A DNA stretch of 64,000 nt, taken from Octopus bimaculoides (Eukaryota). Each line of letters begins with the position of its first letter. Position 1 is the stretch's first letter. Below are positions 1-14,896 of the stretch, piece by piece. The notes beneath the pieces are model-generated. The model was not told the origin of the DNA. It saw only the letters and a list, made by a program, of their open reading frames with translations, and ran no database searches. Position numbers and translations under genes: made by a program. The stretch spans positions 2,811,312-2,875,311 of the forward strand of contig NC_068992.1 of the NCBI RefSeq assembly GCF_001194135.2, in the 5' to 3' direction.

Positions 1-14
1 GATGATGATGATAG

Positions 15-45
<31 letters not shown>

Positions 46-415
46 CACATATATATATATATATATATACAAATGTATGTATGTGCATATATGTATGTAT
101 ATATACATATATATATATGCATGTATGTGCGTGTGTATATATGTGTATATATGTGTGTGTATATATATATATATATGTGTGTGTGTTACACGGCCTGCAT
201 ATCTGTAAATATATAGCATAGCATATTGAGAACAATGATGAGGTTGATGAAGATGGTAGTGGCGGTGGTGGTAGTGGTGGTGGCGGCGGTGTTGCCGGAG
301 GTGGTTTTTTTAAAGGTGGAGAGGAGAATTGACCATGTTCAAGTACCTCATAACTGTGCTGGAAATAAATTCAGCAAACTCATTCATAAGCACACATTAA
401 CATGCACTGATAGTG

Positions 416-456
<41 letters not shown>

Positions 457-567
457 TATAAGTATATAATTACATACACATATAATTATACACACATGTG
501 AACACCATAACATGCTCACACACACACGCACACACATTCAAATTCTTATACACTCAAACAAATATGA

Positions 568-616
<49 letters not shown>

Positions 617-680
617 TGTATATACAGATTTATAAACAGACTATAATTATACAAAACGAAGCATATGAGGACGTCTACAC

Positions 681-715
<35 letters not shown>

Positions 716-1089
716 TCTGTCTCACAAGAGGCTGGTTCCATAATCGGCCATTTATATTCCTCCAGTGTAGGTAGACCCACTTTTTGCAGCAATAATTTAA
801 ATGCTACACTTTCATAGGAAATGACATAGATTTGATCACTGATCGATAATTTGTCTCAAACTGTTCTCATAAATATAGATATTGTGTGAAGATTGGAATA
901 AAATTGTCTTCTCCGACTTTCCCTCCTCCTCCTCTTCTCCATCCACCCACCCACCCATTCTTTCCTTCTGCTTTTCTTCTCTCTAACTGGCCATTTATCT
1001 GTACAATGCTTTGTCTATATAACTTTCCCCTCTCTCACTCTCACTCCCTCTCTATTTCTCTCTCATTACATGTGTTTGTTTTGTGTATG

Positions 1090-1127
<38 letters not shown>

Positions 1128-1134
<7 letters not shown>

Positions 1135-1280
1135 CTTTGTGGAAGGGCACCCAGCAGCAAAAACATAGCCAAAACAGACACAGAAGTCTGGTGCAGGCTC
1201 CAGCCTGGCCAGCTCTTGTCAAACCCTCCTACCCATGCCAGCATGGAAGGCAGACGTTAAACAATGATGATGATGATATA
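1128..1280 (+). mobile_element. RTE-type 3' end with (GAT)n tail
   Basis: gaagggcacccagc..cccatgccagcatggaaggcagacgttaaacaatgatgatg; similar + copies at about 4152-4272, 22530-22650 and 23900-24215. Confidence 0.8.
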
Positions 1281-1281
1281 T

Positions 1282-1312
<31 letters not shown>

Positions 1313-2788
1313 GTTCAAATGTACAGAAACAAAAGGCAGAGACAGGTGTGGGGTGGGGACAACAAGCAGGGGTATTAGTTTGATGCTCAGGTAAAAAAGT
1401 GGAAAAGTCTTTGATGTTTCAAGCTTCTGCTCTTCAGCAGAAAGGGATGAGAGGGAAAAAAACTGAGAGAGAAAAAAACTGTTGGTCATTAATGGTAGGG
1501 GGGAGTTGAGTGTGTATCTGTGAGTCTGTGTCTGGATGTGTGTGTTGATGGGGATGTGGGTCTCTGTGTTTGTGTCTGTGTCTAGGTGTGTGTGTGTGTG
1601 TGTAAAAATATTTCATCCAATTGAGACTGGAACATCCAGAAATAAGAAAATCTAAAGCAAATAATTAAAAGAACACATTTGTTTGTTCCTTCAACGTGTT
1701 AATTTTAGTTTGTTGCTGACAGTTTAGCAGTAGAAACAGACATACAGACACACAGACAGACAGACACACATAGAAATACACAGAGACACACACACACACA
1801 CACACAGACTCATACACAGAGATCCACACACTCATCAACACACACACATCCAGACACAGACTCACAGATGCATGCACCCCTATACAGATACACACAACAC
1901 ACACACACACACACACACACAGATACACACAACCACACACAACACACAGACACACAGACTCACAACAGAGAGTTAGAGGGATGTAAACACACCAACATCA
2001 GTTGTCAAGCAATGGTAGGTGGACAAACACAGATGCAAAGATATATATGTATATATATGAAATGGGCTTCTTTCAGTTTCCATCTACCAAATCCACTCAA
2101 ACGGCTTTGGTCAGCTTGAGGCTATAGTAGAAGATACTTGCCCAGGGTGTCACATAATGAGACTGAACCCAGAACTATATGTTTGGGAAGCAGGCTTCTT
2201 ACCACTCAGCTAACTTGGAAGAACCTTCTCAAACAAATGAGATCTAGAAGGATGTATTGAAATGGACCTCAGTCTGCTAGAAACAGAAGCCAAATCTCTC
2301 TTAATTCACATTCTGTCATTTTAAACAAGGAAGACCACATTGGATCACATAGCTGAAGGTGTACTGTCTAAAAATATGATGGGGGCCATGATTGGAACCC
2401 CATTGGTTGTAGGACTTCTTGGTAGTATTGACTTGGGATTAAATAACACCACCAAATGCTATCCATCTGCAGCTTGCTCCTTTCAATGTACAAAATATAG
2501 TCATAAATGGGAGAGAGCGCATGAAAGACAAGCATTATCTGATATGCATTAAGGTCCCAGGAAGCTGTGACAATAGAACGGTTTCAAATCCCTGGTGAAG
2601 CTGTTTCATATAACCTACAAGTTCTTGAGAGAGGAATGAATATCACAAATGTATGCTATTTTGAGTTAGTTGATCCTCTGGATACAGCAGCAGCAGGTCA
2701 TGCCAAATGTTATAATCCAGGCGTTCCACAATAAATATTTCCAGAAAATCTGACTAAATCTGATAAAGATTTCCATAATAATAATGAT

Positions 2789-2940
2789 GATCCTTTCTAC
2801 TATAAGCACAAGGCTGGACATTTTGGGGAGGGTGACTAGTCAATTACATCGACCCCAGTACTCAACGGTACTTATTTCATCAACCTCTAAAGGATGAAAG
2901 GCAAAGTCGACCTCTGCAGAATTTCTACTCAGAACATTAG
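2789..2940 (-). mobile_element. tRNA-derived SINE family B
   Basis: Shared gatgaaaggcaaagtcgacc..gaattt..ctcagaac core (reverse complement of B-box GAGTTCAAATTC). Confidence 0.8.
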
Positions 2941-3772
2941 GAGTGCTTGAATGCTTGAATGGGGCTTTTTTCGTGCTGCCCACTTGGGTGCCAGACAGGT
3001 GGCACTGACACCAACCATGCTCGAATGGTTCTCTTTACATGCCACCAGCACGGGTGCGAGTCAGGCGGCACTCGCATCAACTATGATTATGATTTTGCTT
3101 GACTCAACAGGTCTTCTCAACCACAGCATATTGCCCAACGACTGAAGGGTGCTTTTGAATGGGTCGGTCATGTGAGACTGGAATCGGCCACGGCTACGAT
3201 CTTGATTATGCTTCACAGTTCACTGACCACATATTTATTACCTGACCATTGCAGCAGATAAAGCAAAGTCTTGACTTACTATTTAACAATAATTAATCCA
3301 TAAATTTTAAAATTCCATCTTTTGTAATGAATTATTAATTACTACTCATATATTGCTAGTGCATCATTTACTGATGAAAATCAGAAGGAATCGAGTAAGA
3401 TTTAAACTTTAGAATTAATATATGCTCCCACACTACTCCAAAAATATCTCAGATGTCTCGACAATAATTCAAATTCTTGACATCTTATAGCAGTTTTCTT
3501 AAAGCTGGACAACTTTTGCAGCAGTTCATCATTCTGAAGCTATTATCTCTCTTTCAGGTCACTCAGTCATTAACTTTCTGTGAATAAATGGGGACTGGGT
3601 CTTGTATGGGGAGAATTCAAGAAAGGCACTTGAGTTAACTCTTGAAAGATAGAGTCTGGTCTACTTCAACACTGAACAATATTTTGAGAAGATACAATCA
3701 AAGTGTCATTATTTAAAATTTCAATAAAATTATTCAAATCTCCTTAGACATACAAAAGGAGTATAATGTGTG

Positions 3773-3817
<45 letters not shown>

Positions 3818-4113
3818 NNNNNNNNNNNNNNNNNNNNNNNNNNNNNNNNNNNNNNNNNNNNNNNNNNNNNNNNNNNNNNNNNNNNNNNNNNNNNNNNNNN
3901 NNNNNNNNNNNNNNNNNNNNNNNNNNNNNNNNNNNNNNNNNNNNNNNNNNNNNNNNNNNNNNNNNNNNNNNNNNNNNNNNNNNNNNNNNNNNNNNNNNNN
4001 NNNNNNNNNNNNNNNNNNNNNNNNNNNNNNNNNNNNNNNNNNNNNNNNNNNNNNNNNNNNNNNNNNNNNNNNNNNNNNNNNNNNNNNNNNNNNNNNNNNN
4101 NNNNNNNNNNNNN

Positions 4114-4152
<39 letters not shown>

Positions 4153-4829
4153 TGTAAAGTGGCCAGCATTAGGAAGGGCATCCAGCTGTAGAAATCGTGC
4201 CAAAACAGACAATGGAACCTGCTGTGGATCCTAGCCTGGAAAACAGACATTAAATGATGATGATGATGATCTATGTTATGGTTTTGCCCCAGGTCAGATA
4301 TCATCAAGCAATTCCCAGATTAAAAGATAGTCAAACCATAACCAGCATATCTGATCTTCAGCAAATTCTGGACCACATTCTCCAATGTAACCTTTCTTCA
4401 TGACAGGTATGATGTGGTCAGGAGGAGAGTTGGCTGCTATTTCTATCATGTCAAATGATCATATAGAAACTTCCTCGTCTATTGATGGATTGTGATGGTT
4501 GGCAGAGTGGTCGTAACTATTTTCGTTGCGCTTGTTTTACATATGAAGTTCATCCCTGAAAAGAAATGTAGAAACGTTATTATTTATACACACTCAGTGT
4601 GAAGTCATGTGGAGAATAAAGAAAGCGAATGTAAACATTGCTACATGTCAGGAACGAGATGCCATCACCACTCTCCGGAGTCATTTAGTGCAAGCATGGA
4701 AGCAGAGGGAGCCACCAGTGTGGCAGCTAACTCTTGGCTATGACACAAATTTATCACTTGAATGGTTCCACGCTTGCACAACAACAACACCAACACCAAC
4801 AACTGCAACAATAGCAACAAGTTAGAGAC

Positions 4830-4907
4830 CATGTAGGAGTAGCACCACTACCACCACTACAATACTGTAGACGGTGGGGGGGGGGTCTTAGTGTTAAATA
4901 CTCAAGG

Positions 4908-4945
<38 letters not shown>

Positions 4946-5350
4946 TCTATCTATCTATTACTACTACAACTACTACTATCCATTACTACTACTACCAGTA
5001 CTGCTGCTGCTGCTGTGGTTACTACTACTACTATTGATGATGATGATGATGTGGTTAGTACTACTACTACTATTTATTGCTACTACTACCACTATTATTC
5101 ATTACTGTTACTACTACTACTAATACTACTACAACCACTACTACTACTACCGCTGCTGCTGCTACTACTACCACTACTGCTTCTGTGGTTACTACTACTA
5201 CCACTATTGTCCATTACTGTCACTACTACTATCTATTTCTACTACTATCCACTACTACTACTACTACTACTACTGCTGGTGTGGTTACTACTACTTCTAC
5301 TACCACAATGTCTTTCATACTAAGGTGGTGGTGGTGGTGGTGGTGGTTTG
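4830..5350. repeat. Compound (ACT)n/(GCT)n/(GGT)n trinucleotide array
   Basis: Direct reading. Confidence 0.9.
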
Positions 5351-7083
5351 ATGGAGAATATTCCACCTTGTCATTTTAAATTCACACACAACACACTCAC
5401 ACACACCAATGTAGTCCTACATCTACTTGTGAACATTACAACTGCATTATAACAAGTTCGACTTCCTTTTGCAACTTGTAGCCACCAACAGACTGTTTAA
5501 ATGCATTGTGATCCTACTTCTTTCTTTCCTTCTTTCTCTTTTCTTTTTTCTTTTTTTTTTTGTTTCTAATGTGATCTATCTGTTATCAACTAAAGATTGC
5601 TTCCAGTTCGATAGTTTGTGGTGTATATGTTTGTGTGTGTGTCTGTGTGTTTGTGTGTGTGCGTGAGAGAGAGAGAAAGAGCATGTGCATGTATACATGT
5701 ATATGTGCATGCGCATAACTGCAACATCTATAGTAACAGCAACAGTTGCAGCACTAGTATGCCTTTAAAAGGAATTACTTTCTGCTTGGGTAAACCTGCA
5801 CAATTAGGCAGCCATTTGGATAACAAAGCAATTGAAGAATGATTCTAACTGAGCTTTGAATACCAATTTTTTTTTAATCAATATTTCTTTTTCCTCACAT
5901 TTCTTCTTTTTTTTTTCTACTTCTGATTATTATTGTTATTATTATTTTATTTCATTTTTTCTTTTTAAATAATTTTTTTTTTCCCCATCGTCGTTCTAAC
6001 AAAGAGGTCGTCTTCAAGAATCTCAAGAACACTGAATTGTATTTTTACTGCAAATATAAAACAAAACACACTTGAAGTGTAAAAAAAACCACCATCGTCG
6101 TCGTCATTGTCATCATCATCATCATTAGTCTTATTATTGTGTTTAAAACAAAGGGCCATCTATGTTGGCGCTCAATGAAAAAATAACTTTTAACCCTTAT
6201 TACATCATAGAAAAGTAATTCGTTTTCTGTTCTTCCTTTGCTAACTGAAGGCTTTCATATTGTTTGATTATTTCAAGTTGAAGAAAGGTTTTCTTCAGGT
6301 AATTGTTTAGTATATTTTTGGTAAATATCTATTGTGATATTTATGTGTGTTGCTAGATGGCTGACTCTAAACTATCCAGACGGGGTGCTCACCATCTTGA
6401 TGGTTGCTGTGACTTGAATAACATCAACAAACATGAAAAATTCGAAATTATTCTTTTTTAGGAATGGCCACCGGCTATGAGTAGCAGTACTATTACAGCA
6501 GAATATTGCAGTGAAACAGGGGATGGGTTGAGCAGGGCGGTGGAGACAAACGAAAGACAAGAAACTGTCTAGAACTGTAAGAGAAGGAAAAGAAGTGGAA
6601 ACTAAAAATTAAACCCAAAGAAAGTACAAAGAAGAGGCTGAAAGTCCTTCATGAAGAGATTCCCACTGCCACAAAGTGTCTGAACTTTATGGTAATTCAA
6701 TGGGACAACTTAAGCAGACAAGGTATGACTACAAGCCATCATCAGGCATGAGATAATTGGTGATGATTTAATCATCAACGGCTGAAAAATGATGACTCAG
6801 AGGATGCAGAGATCATCATGGTTTGGATAAAATTAAAAGTAGAAGGCAGAAAGGGTTAAGGACACCCTCTACTACTAAGCTGACCGTTGTATCAATAGAT
6901 TGCCTTTATTTATGTCCTGTACCAAGTATTGGTTTAAAATTTTGATAGAAGGTCATCAACTTTAGGGAAAGGGAACAAGTCAATTAAACCTCAGCAGAAT
7001 TTGGACTCAAAATATGAAGGGGGATGAAATGTTGCTAAGCGTTTCATCAATCTTTATAAATTCATTTATTATTATTATTATTA

Positions 7084-7116
<33 letters not shown>

Positions 7117-8058
7117 GGCAAAAACTTCAATAATAACCCCCAAAATTATGTAATTAATATTCCACCCTAAAAAAAACCAATATCAGCAGTGGGACCCAAC
7201 AGCATATGCTGGTTTACCTCTGCCGCATTATGCAGGTTCCGTACTCCTTTGAGCAACATCCAAATTCTCTCATCCATACACAAACATTCTCCAAGCTTTC
7301 CCATCATTTACAAACTCTCCTGCCTCTCTCATAATCATAAATTACTAAAAAACATTTGCCTAATATATTTTAATTGAAACTTTTTTTAAAATATATATAT
7401 ATCTTTCCTTTATTGGTATTGCCTGGTCGGTGCCAAACTCATGGTTATATAATAATTTTAGCTTCAAAAAATATAATACATTTAAGAGGTGAAAGAATAA
7501 GCAGTAGAAGAGAAAAGAAAAACAAAAAAAAAGAGAAAAACAAGAGGAAAAACTTTTAAAGGAATCAAGCATGGAAATATCTCTCTAATTATGTCTATCA
7601 TTTTTTTAATATTTTATTCATTTATTTTTATATATATTATTGTTTGTTGTTTTTTGTTGTTGTTATCATTATTACTGGTCACTCCCAATAACAACAACAG
7701 TAATACTAATAATGGCAATAATTACAAAATAATACTGCTAATAGTTATGTAAATAGTGTGTGTGCGTGTGTGTGTGTCGACTGTATATGTTATTTTAAGC
7801 TAACAGTCTAATTGGTCCATTTTTGGCAATAAACCAGAACTACTCTAATTGTGGTATTGATGGAATCTAGGTTGGTACCCTGTCTCTCTCACTCTCTCCC
7901 TCTCTCTCGCTCAATCTCTCTCTCTTTCCTACACACTTACTCACACACACAATCTTGTTTTTACTTATTTTTTTGAAGACTTGTTTTCAGATTCTAGATC
8001 ATTCTTCTCAGATCTATCTATCTATATATGTATATCTATGAATGTATTTATCTATCTA

Positions 8059-8094
<36 letters not shown>

Positions 8095-8194
8095 AGCTAG
8101 CTATCCACCTACATGTATGTATGTGTGTGTGCATGTATTTGTATGTGTATGTATGTTATGTAGGCATGTGTGTGTGTGTGTATTTATAAACACT

Positions 8195-8430
8195 GGTGCA
8201 AGCATGTGATGTTTTTGGAGGATGATTACTGCATAAGAAAGTGTCAAGTGCTCCAAATTAGTGGAACCTGTGGAAGAGGGAGGCCAAGGTAGACTTGGGA
8301 TGAAGTGGTGAAGACAGACCTGAAGGTGATGCATCTCAGAGAAAATAAAAGCACTGTATTGATTGATGCAGTGCTGCAGAACACTGAACCATTAAGAGGA
8401 AAATGTATGTCGAAAGGAGGATAGCACCAG
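8195..8430 (+). mobile_element. RTE-type LINE 3' ORF remnant
   Basis: Translates to EDDYCIRKCQVLQISGTCGRGRPR*TWDEVVKTDLKVMHL, matching the RTE C-terminal GRGRPRKTW motif. Confidence 0.75.
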
Positions 8431-10044
8431 AGGCTGGGAGTTATGTGTCCATGTGTGTGTCCATGTGTGTGTCCGTGTGTGTGTGTGTGTGTGTGTGTGT
8501 GATGAGTGCGTGTGTGTTCTCTTCTCTTTCTCATCATCATCATCATCATCATCATTATTTAACATCTGTTTTCCAATCTGGCATGGGTTGGACAGCTTGA
8601 TAGGAATTGGTAAGGTCAAGGGCCATACCAGGTTCCATCTGTTTTGGCTTGGTTTCTACAGCTGGATGCTCTTCCTAATACCAACCACTCCACAAAGTGC
8701 AACTTATTTCTACAACTGAGTGAAGTAGAGCGATGTGAAATAAATTGTCTTGCTCAAGAACACAACAGCCCCGTCCGGGAATTGAACTTGCAGCCCATGG
8801 TTGTAAGCCCAATGCTCTTACCACTGACCTGTGAGCCTTCACTCAGAATATACAGCTTGTGCCAAGCTGCATCGGCCCCTTTGCCTTTCCCTTGGACATC
8901 AGTGGCATGGAGAGGAGGAGCTGGTTTGCATGGGTGACCACTGGTTTTCCACAAAACACCCTTACCTGGACTTGTGCTTCAGAGGGGAACTTTCTAGATG
9001 CAATCCTATGGAGATTTGTGACCAAAGCGGGGTCCTAAAAAAACAATTGAGTTGACAGAGTTATTAGAGCTTCAGAGAGAATTTTTTTCCTGTGGTTGGG
9101 CAGGAAGCTTTTTACCACACACCCACATTCATATATATATAATTTAAATGAAAATAATTCTTTAAAAAGTCACTCAGAATGGCCAGTGAGATGTGCCTGA
9201 ACAGAAACAAAGACAAATAAAGATATATTAAATGCTGCACAACATGAATTGCTGACTTTTTGAAATTGTTTCTGCTTCCAGAGAAAATAAAATAATTGTC
9301 TGGTAGCAACTGGAATCGAATCTAAATGAAAATCTGAGATAATCTCAACAAGGAGAATTTTCCAGAATTGGCTTTCCATGAAAGGAAATGCAGTTCGATT
9401 GACTGAGAACAAGACAACAATGATAGACACATGTTTCTGCCTCAATAGGCATTAACAGCACAGCAGTTGTCCTACCTTGTCTCCACCAGATGGTGTAGTT
9501 AGACATATACATAAAAAAGCTTTGTATTATCTAAACAAATTTGGTGCAGCCAAATAGCTTGTATGCTAATAGCAATTGCCTAATATCTTCTTTGTTTTAT
9601 CCTGTCTTGTCACACTTCTACTGAATAAAATCAACTTCACACATCTGAATAAGTTCATGTACTGTCAACCACATTGAATAATTTTTATATACATACACCA
9701 CAACTAGTTTCTGAGACTTTGGTCTACTTTATTATAGTTTCAATATTAATAAATGTAAGAAGTGGCAGATCGGTAAATGCTGAACAAAACGCCTTAAGTA
9801 ATGTTCCAAGTTCAAACCATGTTCAGCTCGACTTGACCTTTCATTTTTCCACAGTTGTTAAAATTAGCATCAATCAAGTAATAAGGTCAATTTAATCAAA
9901 TGTTCCTTCCTCTAAACTTTATCCAATGCCAATATTAGAAATCAACCGTAATCAACATATATCCTAAATTTCCTTTTTCAATTTCTTCATATCTTTCATT
10001 CTCACTCACTTCTCTCTCTCTATCTCTCTTTCTCTCTCTCTCTA

Positions 10045-10076
<32 letters not shown>

Positions 10077-10610
10077 TCTTTCTCTCTCTCTCCTCCCTCT
10101 TTCTCCTCTCTTTTATTAATTCTCTTCCTACCTCTCTATCAAATAATATTCATATAGTGATAGATTTTATGTACGACAATCTGCATATATTTAAATTCAT
10201 TCATTTATAATATTCAATAATAATATTCTATACTTGTGTTATATATGTGTGGGGGGAAGGGTGTTTGGGAGTGTGGTGGGGTATGTTTGTATAAAGTGTA
10301 TGAGCATGTCTGTTAATATTCCTAAAAGTAAGGTGGTGCAGTAGCAGAATCGTTTGCAAACCAGACAAAATCCGGGCAAGGTTGTTTGTGGAAGACCAAC
10401 AGTCGCCAATGCATCCTAGCCTCCCCTCTGCACCGATGTTATCCAAGGGAAATGCAAAGAGGCCGATACAGCTTGGCACCCGTGATGAGTTAACTGGAGC
10501 AATGTGAAATAAAGTGTCTTGCTCAAGAACACAACACACAGCCCAGTCCAATTATTAGGGTTTAAAAATTGAAGTCAAGGCAAGACTCATATACACACAC
10601 ACACACTCAC

Positions 10611-10643
<33 letters not shown>

Positions 10644-10646
<3 letters not shown>

Positions 10647-10838
10647 CTTTATTGCCTACAGGGGGCTAAACATAAAGGGGACAAACAAAGACAGACAAAG
10701 GGTTTAAGTCGATTACATCGACCTCAGTGCATAGCTGGTACTTATTTAATCAACCCCAAAAGGATGAAAGGCAAAGTCGACCTTGGCAGAGTTTGAACTC
10801 AGAACATAACGGCAAACGAAATACCGCTAAGCATTTTG

Positions 10839-10840
<2 letters not shown>
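10644..10840 (-). mobile_element. SINE family B
   Basis: Same core, flanked by (TA)n. Confidence 0.85.
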
Positions 10841-10880
<40 letters not shown>

Positions 10881-10964
10881 TAAACGATGATGATGATGAT
10901 GATATATACATTCCTCATTAAATTAAGAATCAATGACAAACAAAGATTCTGTAAATAATAATCA

Positions 10965-11170
10965 TTAGCTTTAAGCTCATAAGCATTCACCATGTTTTGG
11001 CCATAGAAAATAGTCTAATATTGGAGCATGTAAGCCCTTGAAAGAAAGAAAAAAAGGGTATTAGAATGAGTACTAATACCCATTTTTTCCCCAACAAGGG
11101 CTTATGTGTCCCAATATTAGACTATTTTTTATAGCCAGTACATGGTGAATGTTTATAAGCTTAAAGCTAA
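10965..11170. mobile_element. Foldback (whole-length palindromic) MITE-like element
   Basis: Arms of about 98 nt are reverse complements (ttagctttaagctcataagcattcaccatg...gggtattag / ctaataccc...catggtgaatgtttataagcttaaagctaa) around an 8-nt loop; TA at both ends. Confidence 0.8.
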
Positions 11171-11367
11171 TATTTATTGTTTACAGAATATATGGCTCTT
11201 ACAAAAGTAGCCTTAATTTTTTTTAGGTCGTTCGATTTTCCTCAATTGATCAATGTACCAATTGAGTAAATTATCAATGATGTACCAATGATGACCATTG
11301 GAAACAGATGTGAGCTAAATTTGGTCTAATAAAGGAAAGATATGCAGTGACCATTATTTGTATTTCA

Positions 11368-11424
<57 letters not shown>

Positions 11425-13659
11425 CACACACTACAAACCCAGTCTTCAGAGTGTTCAAAACTTTGAAAACTGAAGTGGAATAATTAATCCGCTTTACATA
11501 AAATATTTTGTTGGTTTTATTTATTTTGTATTTAAACTGTGGAGGAAAGAGCAAAAATAAGTAAAATAAAAATGACAAAAAAGACAAAGATATCGTTAAG
11601 TATGACAATCAAATATGTTTCGTGAAGAGAAAAGGAAGTTGTTTGTAATGTTGTGAAGCTTAAAACGATGTTCTGCTTGTTCTTTTCTTTCTTTACGTGT
11701 TTTCCTCTGAAAATGTTTCTTCAAGTAAAAATATTCCTAACAAATATAACACCTGAATTATTAGCAACACCCAACATCTAAAATGAAGCCTATCGAAGTA
11801 AATGTGGAAAGAAAACATGAGGTTTCTTCTTTGTTTATGTTTTCAGATTGAGTCAAGTTTCATTGCTGCATCCCATTTTTTGCTTCGAGTTCTTTGTTTT
11901 ATTTACAGAGATTTTATTTACTTGGATTTTTTAATTTTAAAATCGCAACTTAAAACTTTTGTAACAATAACGGCAATTTAATTCTTCTCTGCAATTACAT
12001 TAGATTGTTTTATGAACTCAGTAATTCTATGCAATATTTTATTTTGAACACTTTTTTTCTCCTCCAATCTATTATTCTTTCAAAGTGACAGCAACCATTT
12101 AAATCACAAACACATCCTGCATTGGCACTCATTACACCACACACACACATTGAAATGTGATTATTGAGAGTCGATGACTCTCAGAAGAAGATTTTACTTT
12201 GGCAAACTATCTTTCAGTGACTGATACTCCACAGTCCTACATCCAGCACCAAGCTATACCTTCTCCATGTCTGATATCAAATCCATAACAGACTTCACTG
12301 GTCAAGTATTCTTTATTTTTCCAGCCCCAAATCTACTTTGTCTTTAAAGCATTTCTTAATGGCTTATTATGTTTGACATCACAACTTACTATGTATTTTT
12401 CCCTTGATTAGAAATATTCTTCCTCGCTTCGTCTGACAGAGGATATTCATGAAGTCAAGAAGGCAACTGGATATTGACAGTCGTCATTATATATGTGTAG
12501 CAAGAGCTGTTAACATTTCTTTTATTTGGTTAGAAATATTTTTTGTTCTTTTGTTCTTTTTCTATATTCTTCTGCTCTGTGACATTGACATTTGGATTAC
12601 ATAAGCTTTGTGAAATCATCTAAGGATTTGTAATAATTCTTTATCAACTTTCTCTATTCCTTTGTGGATTAATGCCAAAATTGCTTCTATCTGATAATAC
12701 ATAGTAAATAGTGAAATATAATGATGGCATTACCATTTCAAAGAATGAATAATGAGAAAGAAATTGCTGTATGAATTCTTATCATAAAATCAACACTAGA
12801 AATCCGTTAACTACAAATTAGGTCTCAGAAGCATGGCATCGGAACATAATATAATCCAGAATCATCTCGAACTGATGCTGTGTTCTAATCTTTGCAAATG
12901 GTTAAACAAATAAATACATTTGTTTACGAAGTAGACTCAAGAAATGCATTGTTCTTCATTTCCTCATTATCAACCAAACCACAATTCCTACCATCATCAG
13001 GTTTGTTGGTACCAACAATATGTCTTCTGATACATGAGTTGTTGGTGCCAACAGTGTCAGCATCAATATGTCTTCTAATCCTACCAGAAGACTTCCAAAC
13101 TCTTCATTCAGTTATAAAGTTTATCTGATTTATTCAAGATGTTAGTGGAGGAAATGTTTGCAATTTGAGAAAGAGTTTTTGCCCCATATTCCTGAGTATG
13201 CCATCTTTGTATGATAACACAGGTAAGTTCACGTGGAGCTCACCTGCCTTATGATATAGATAACATACTTATCAGATTTCCCAGATAGAGGTCTTATGAC
13301 ATACATCAGTCATAAGTCTTCTGAAGAGAAAACATCTTCTGCACTTTATTCAATTACATTTTTTCTGTTTTCTAAATCTATTATCTATGTTAAGTTATAT
13401 GAACTTTTATACCAAAGTTTTCTGTTAAGTTCTTTGTGTTGTATATAAAACTAGCTATGAGGTAAGAACAAACATATTTTTTTCTATGCAATGTATCAGT
13501 CATTAGCATTTTCTGCCTTTGCTTTTGACTTATGTCATAGCCCCAAATAATTCATAATTTTATGCATATTTGTTGAGCACTTTTGGTAAAAACTGTATTT
13601 GTAAGAGTAATTATGGAATGTCTTGTGCAGAACATATGTGTATATGTACGTATACATAC

Positions 13660-13697
<38 letters not shown>

Positions 13698-13904
13698 ATA
13701 TATACCTACATATGTGTGTGTATGTGTGGATATATATGAATATTTGTAAGGGAAAATATTTCTCATGAAATTGCATTATACTGCCAGCCATTTCAAGATA
13801 TAACTGAAGAGAACTTGAAGCGTAAAGTAAAAATCGGCAACAGCTTGGACTAAGCTCAGCCACATATTTTTATCTAAACATGAAACTTACATTGTTGTCT
13901 CCTT

Positions 13905-14085
13905 TGAAATACAGGTACAACAGAAACAGGAAGGAAGAGTGAGAGAAAGTTGTGGCGAAAGAGTATACAGCAGGGTTTGCCACTACCCCCTGCTGGAGCC
14001 TTGTGGAGCTTTTAGGTATTTTTGCTCAATAAACACTCACAACGTCCGGTCTGGGAATCGAAACCACGATCCTATGACCGCAATA
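13905..14085 (-). mobile_element. SINE family C, partial
   Basis: tttgaaatacaggtacaacagaaacagg..gggaatcgaaacc. Confidence 0.8.
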
Positions 14086-14896
14086 TATATATATGATGGG
14101 CTTCTTTCAGTTTCCTTCTACCAAATCTACCCACAAAGCTTTTGTTGGCCTGAGACTATAGTTGGAGACACTTGCTCAAGGTGCCACACAGTGGAACTGA
14201 ACCTGAAAGCATGTAGTTGAGAAGCAAGCTTCTTACCACACAGCTACACTAGTGCTTAATCAAAAATATTATCAGTGGAATATGTGAATGTATTAACATT
14301 TTTGAAGGCTGGAGTAACAAGAAATTTAAAGGGTGACTATGAAATAACAATAACAATTATTTTCAGTGGATTTTTTGACATAAAAATATAAATGCTGTCA
14401 CAATTAATCATTTCAAGACTATCTATAGAAACACGATAAATTTTTCAGAAAAAACCAAAAAGCTTTAAAATGATTAATTCAAAGAATCTGTTTGCGCATA
14501 GTACATGCTAGGCACCTCCCACTTCCTTTCCAACCCCTTGAGCACATATGCCATCTGATTAGAAATAAGCAAATAAATCATTTTGAGATTTAACCACTAG
14601 GAAATAGATCTAAGTTAAATTTCTATGACTTAGCTATTTATAAGTTATATAATGATGATGACGATGATGTCAATGGTGATGAATTCCAGCCCACAGTTCT
14701 AATGATTGATCAATGGATCAGAATGATCCTGTCTTCAAGTTTCATGTCAATTATATCTTCTGGTTAAAAGCCATTTTCCAAAAGTACCAGTTGCATACTG
14801 GGGTTCAATGTAACTTATCTCCTCCCCTAAACTTGCTAGTCTTGTGGCAAAATTCTAAACTATTGTTAATACAATCCTTCACAGAATGATAAAATA

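Noticed and set aside
6357-6580. Possible exon(s) after tgctag or tttttag acceptors
   Set aside because: All frames close within about 40 codons and there are no recognisable motifs.
9427-9492. THVSASIGINSTAVVLPCLHQM as the missing upstream half of the Ig domain
   Set aside because: No pyrimidine tract, a weak gtgtag donor, and joining gives only 6 residues between Cys and Trp versus about 11 in Dpr-type domains.
13196-13228. Strong + strand donor CAG|gtaagt at 13222
   Set aside because: In-frame TGA 10 codons upstream in the required phase 0, and no acceptor.
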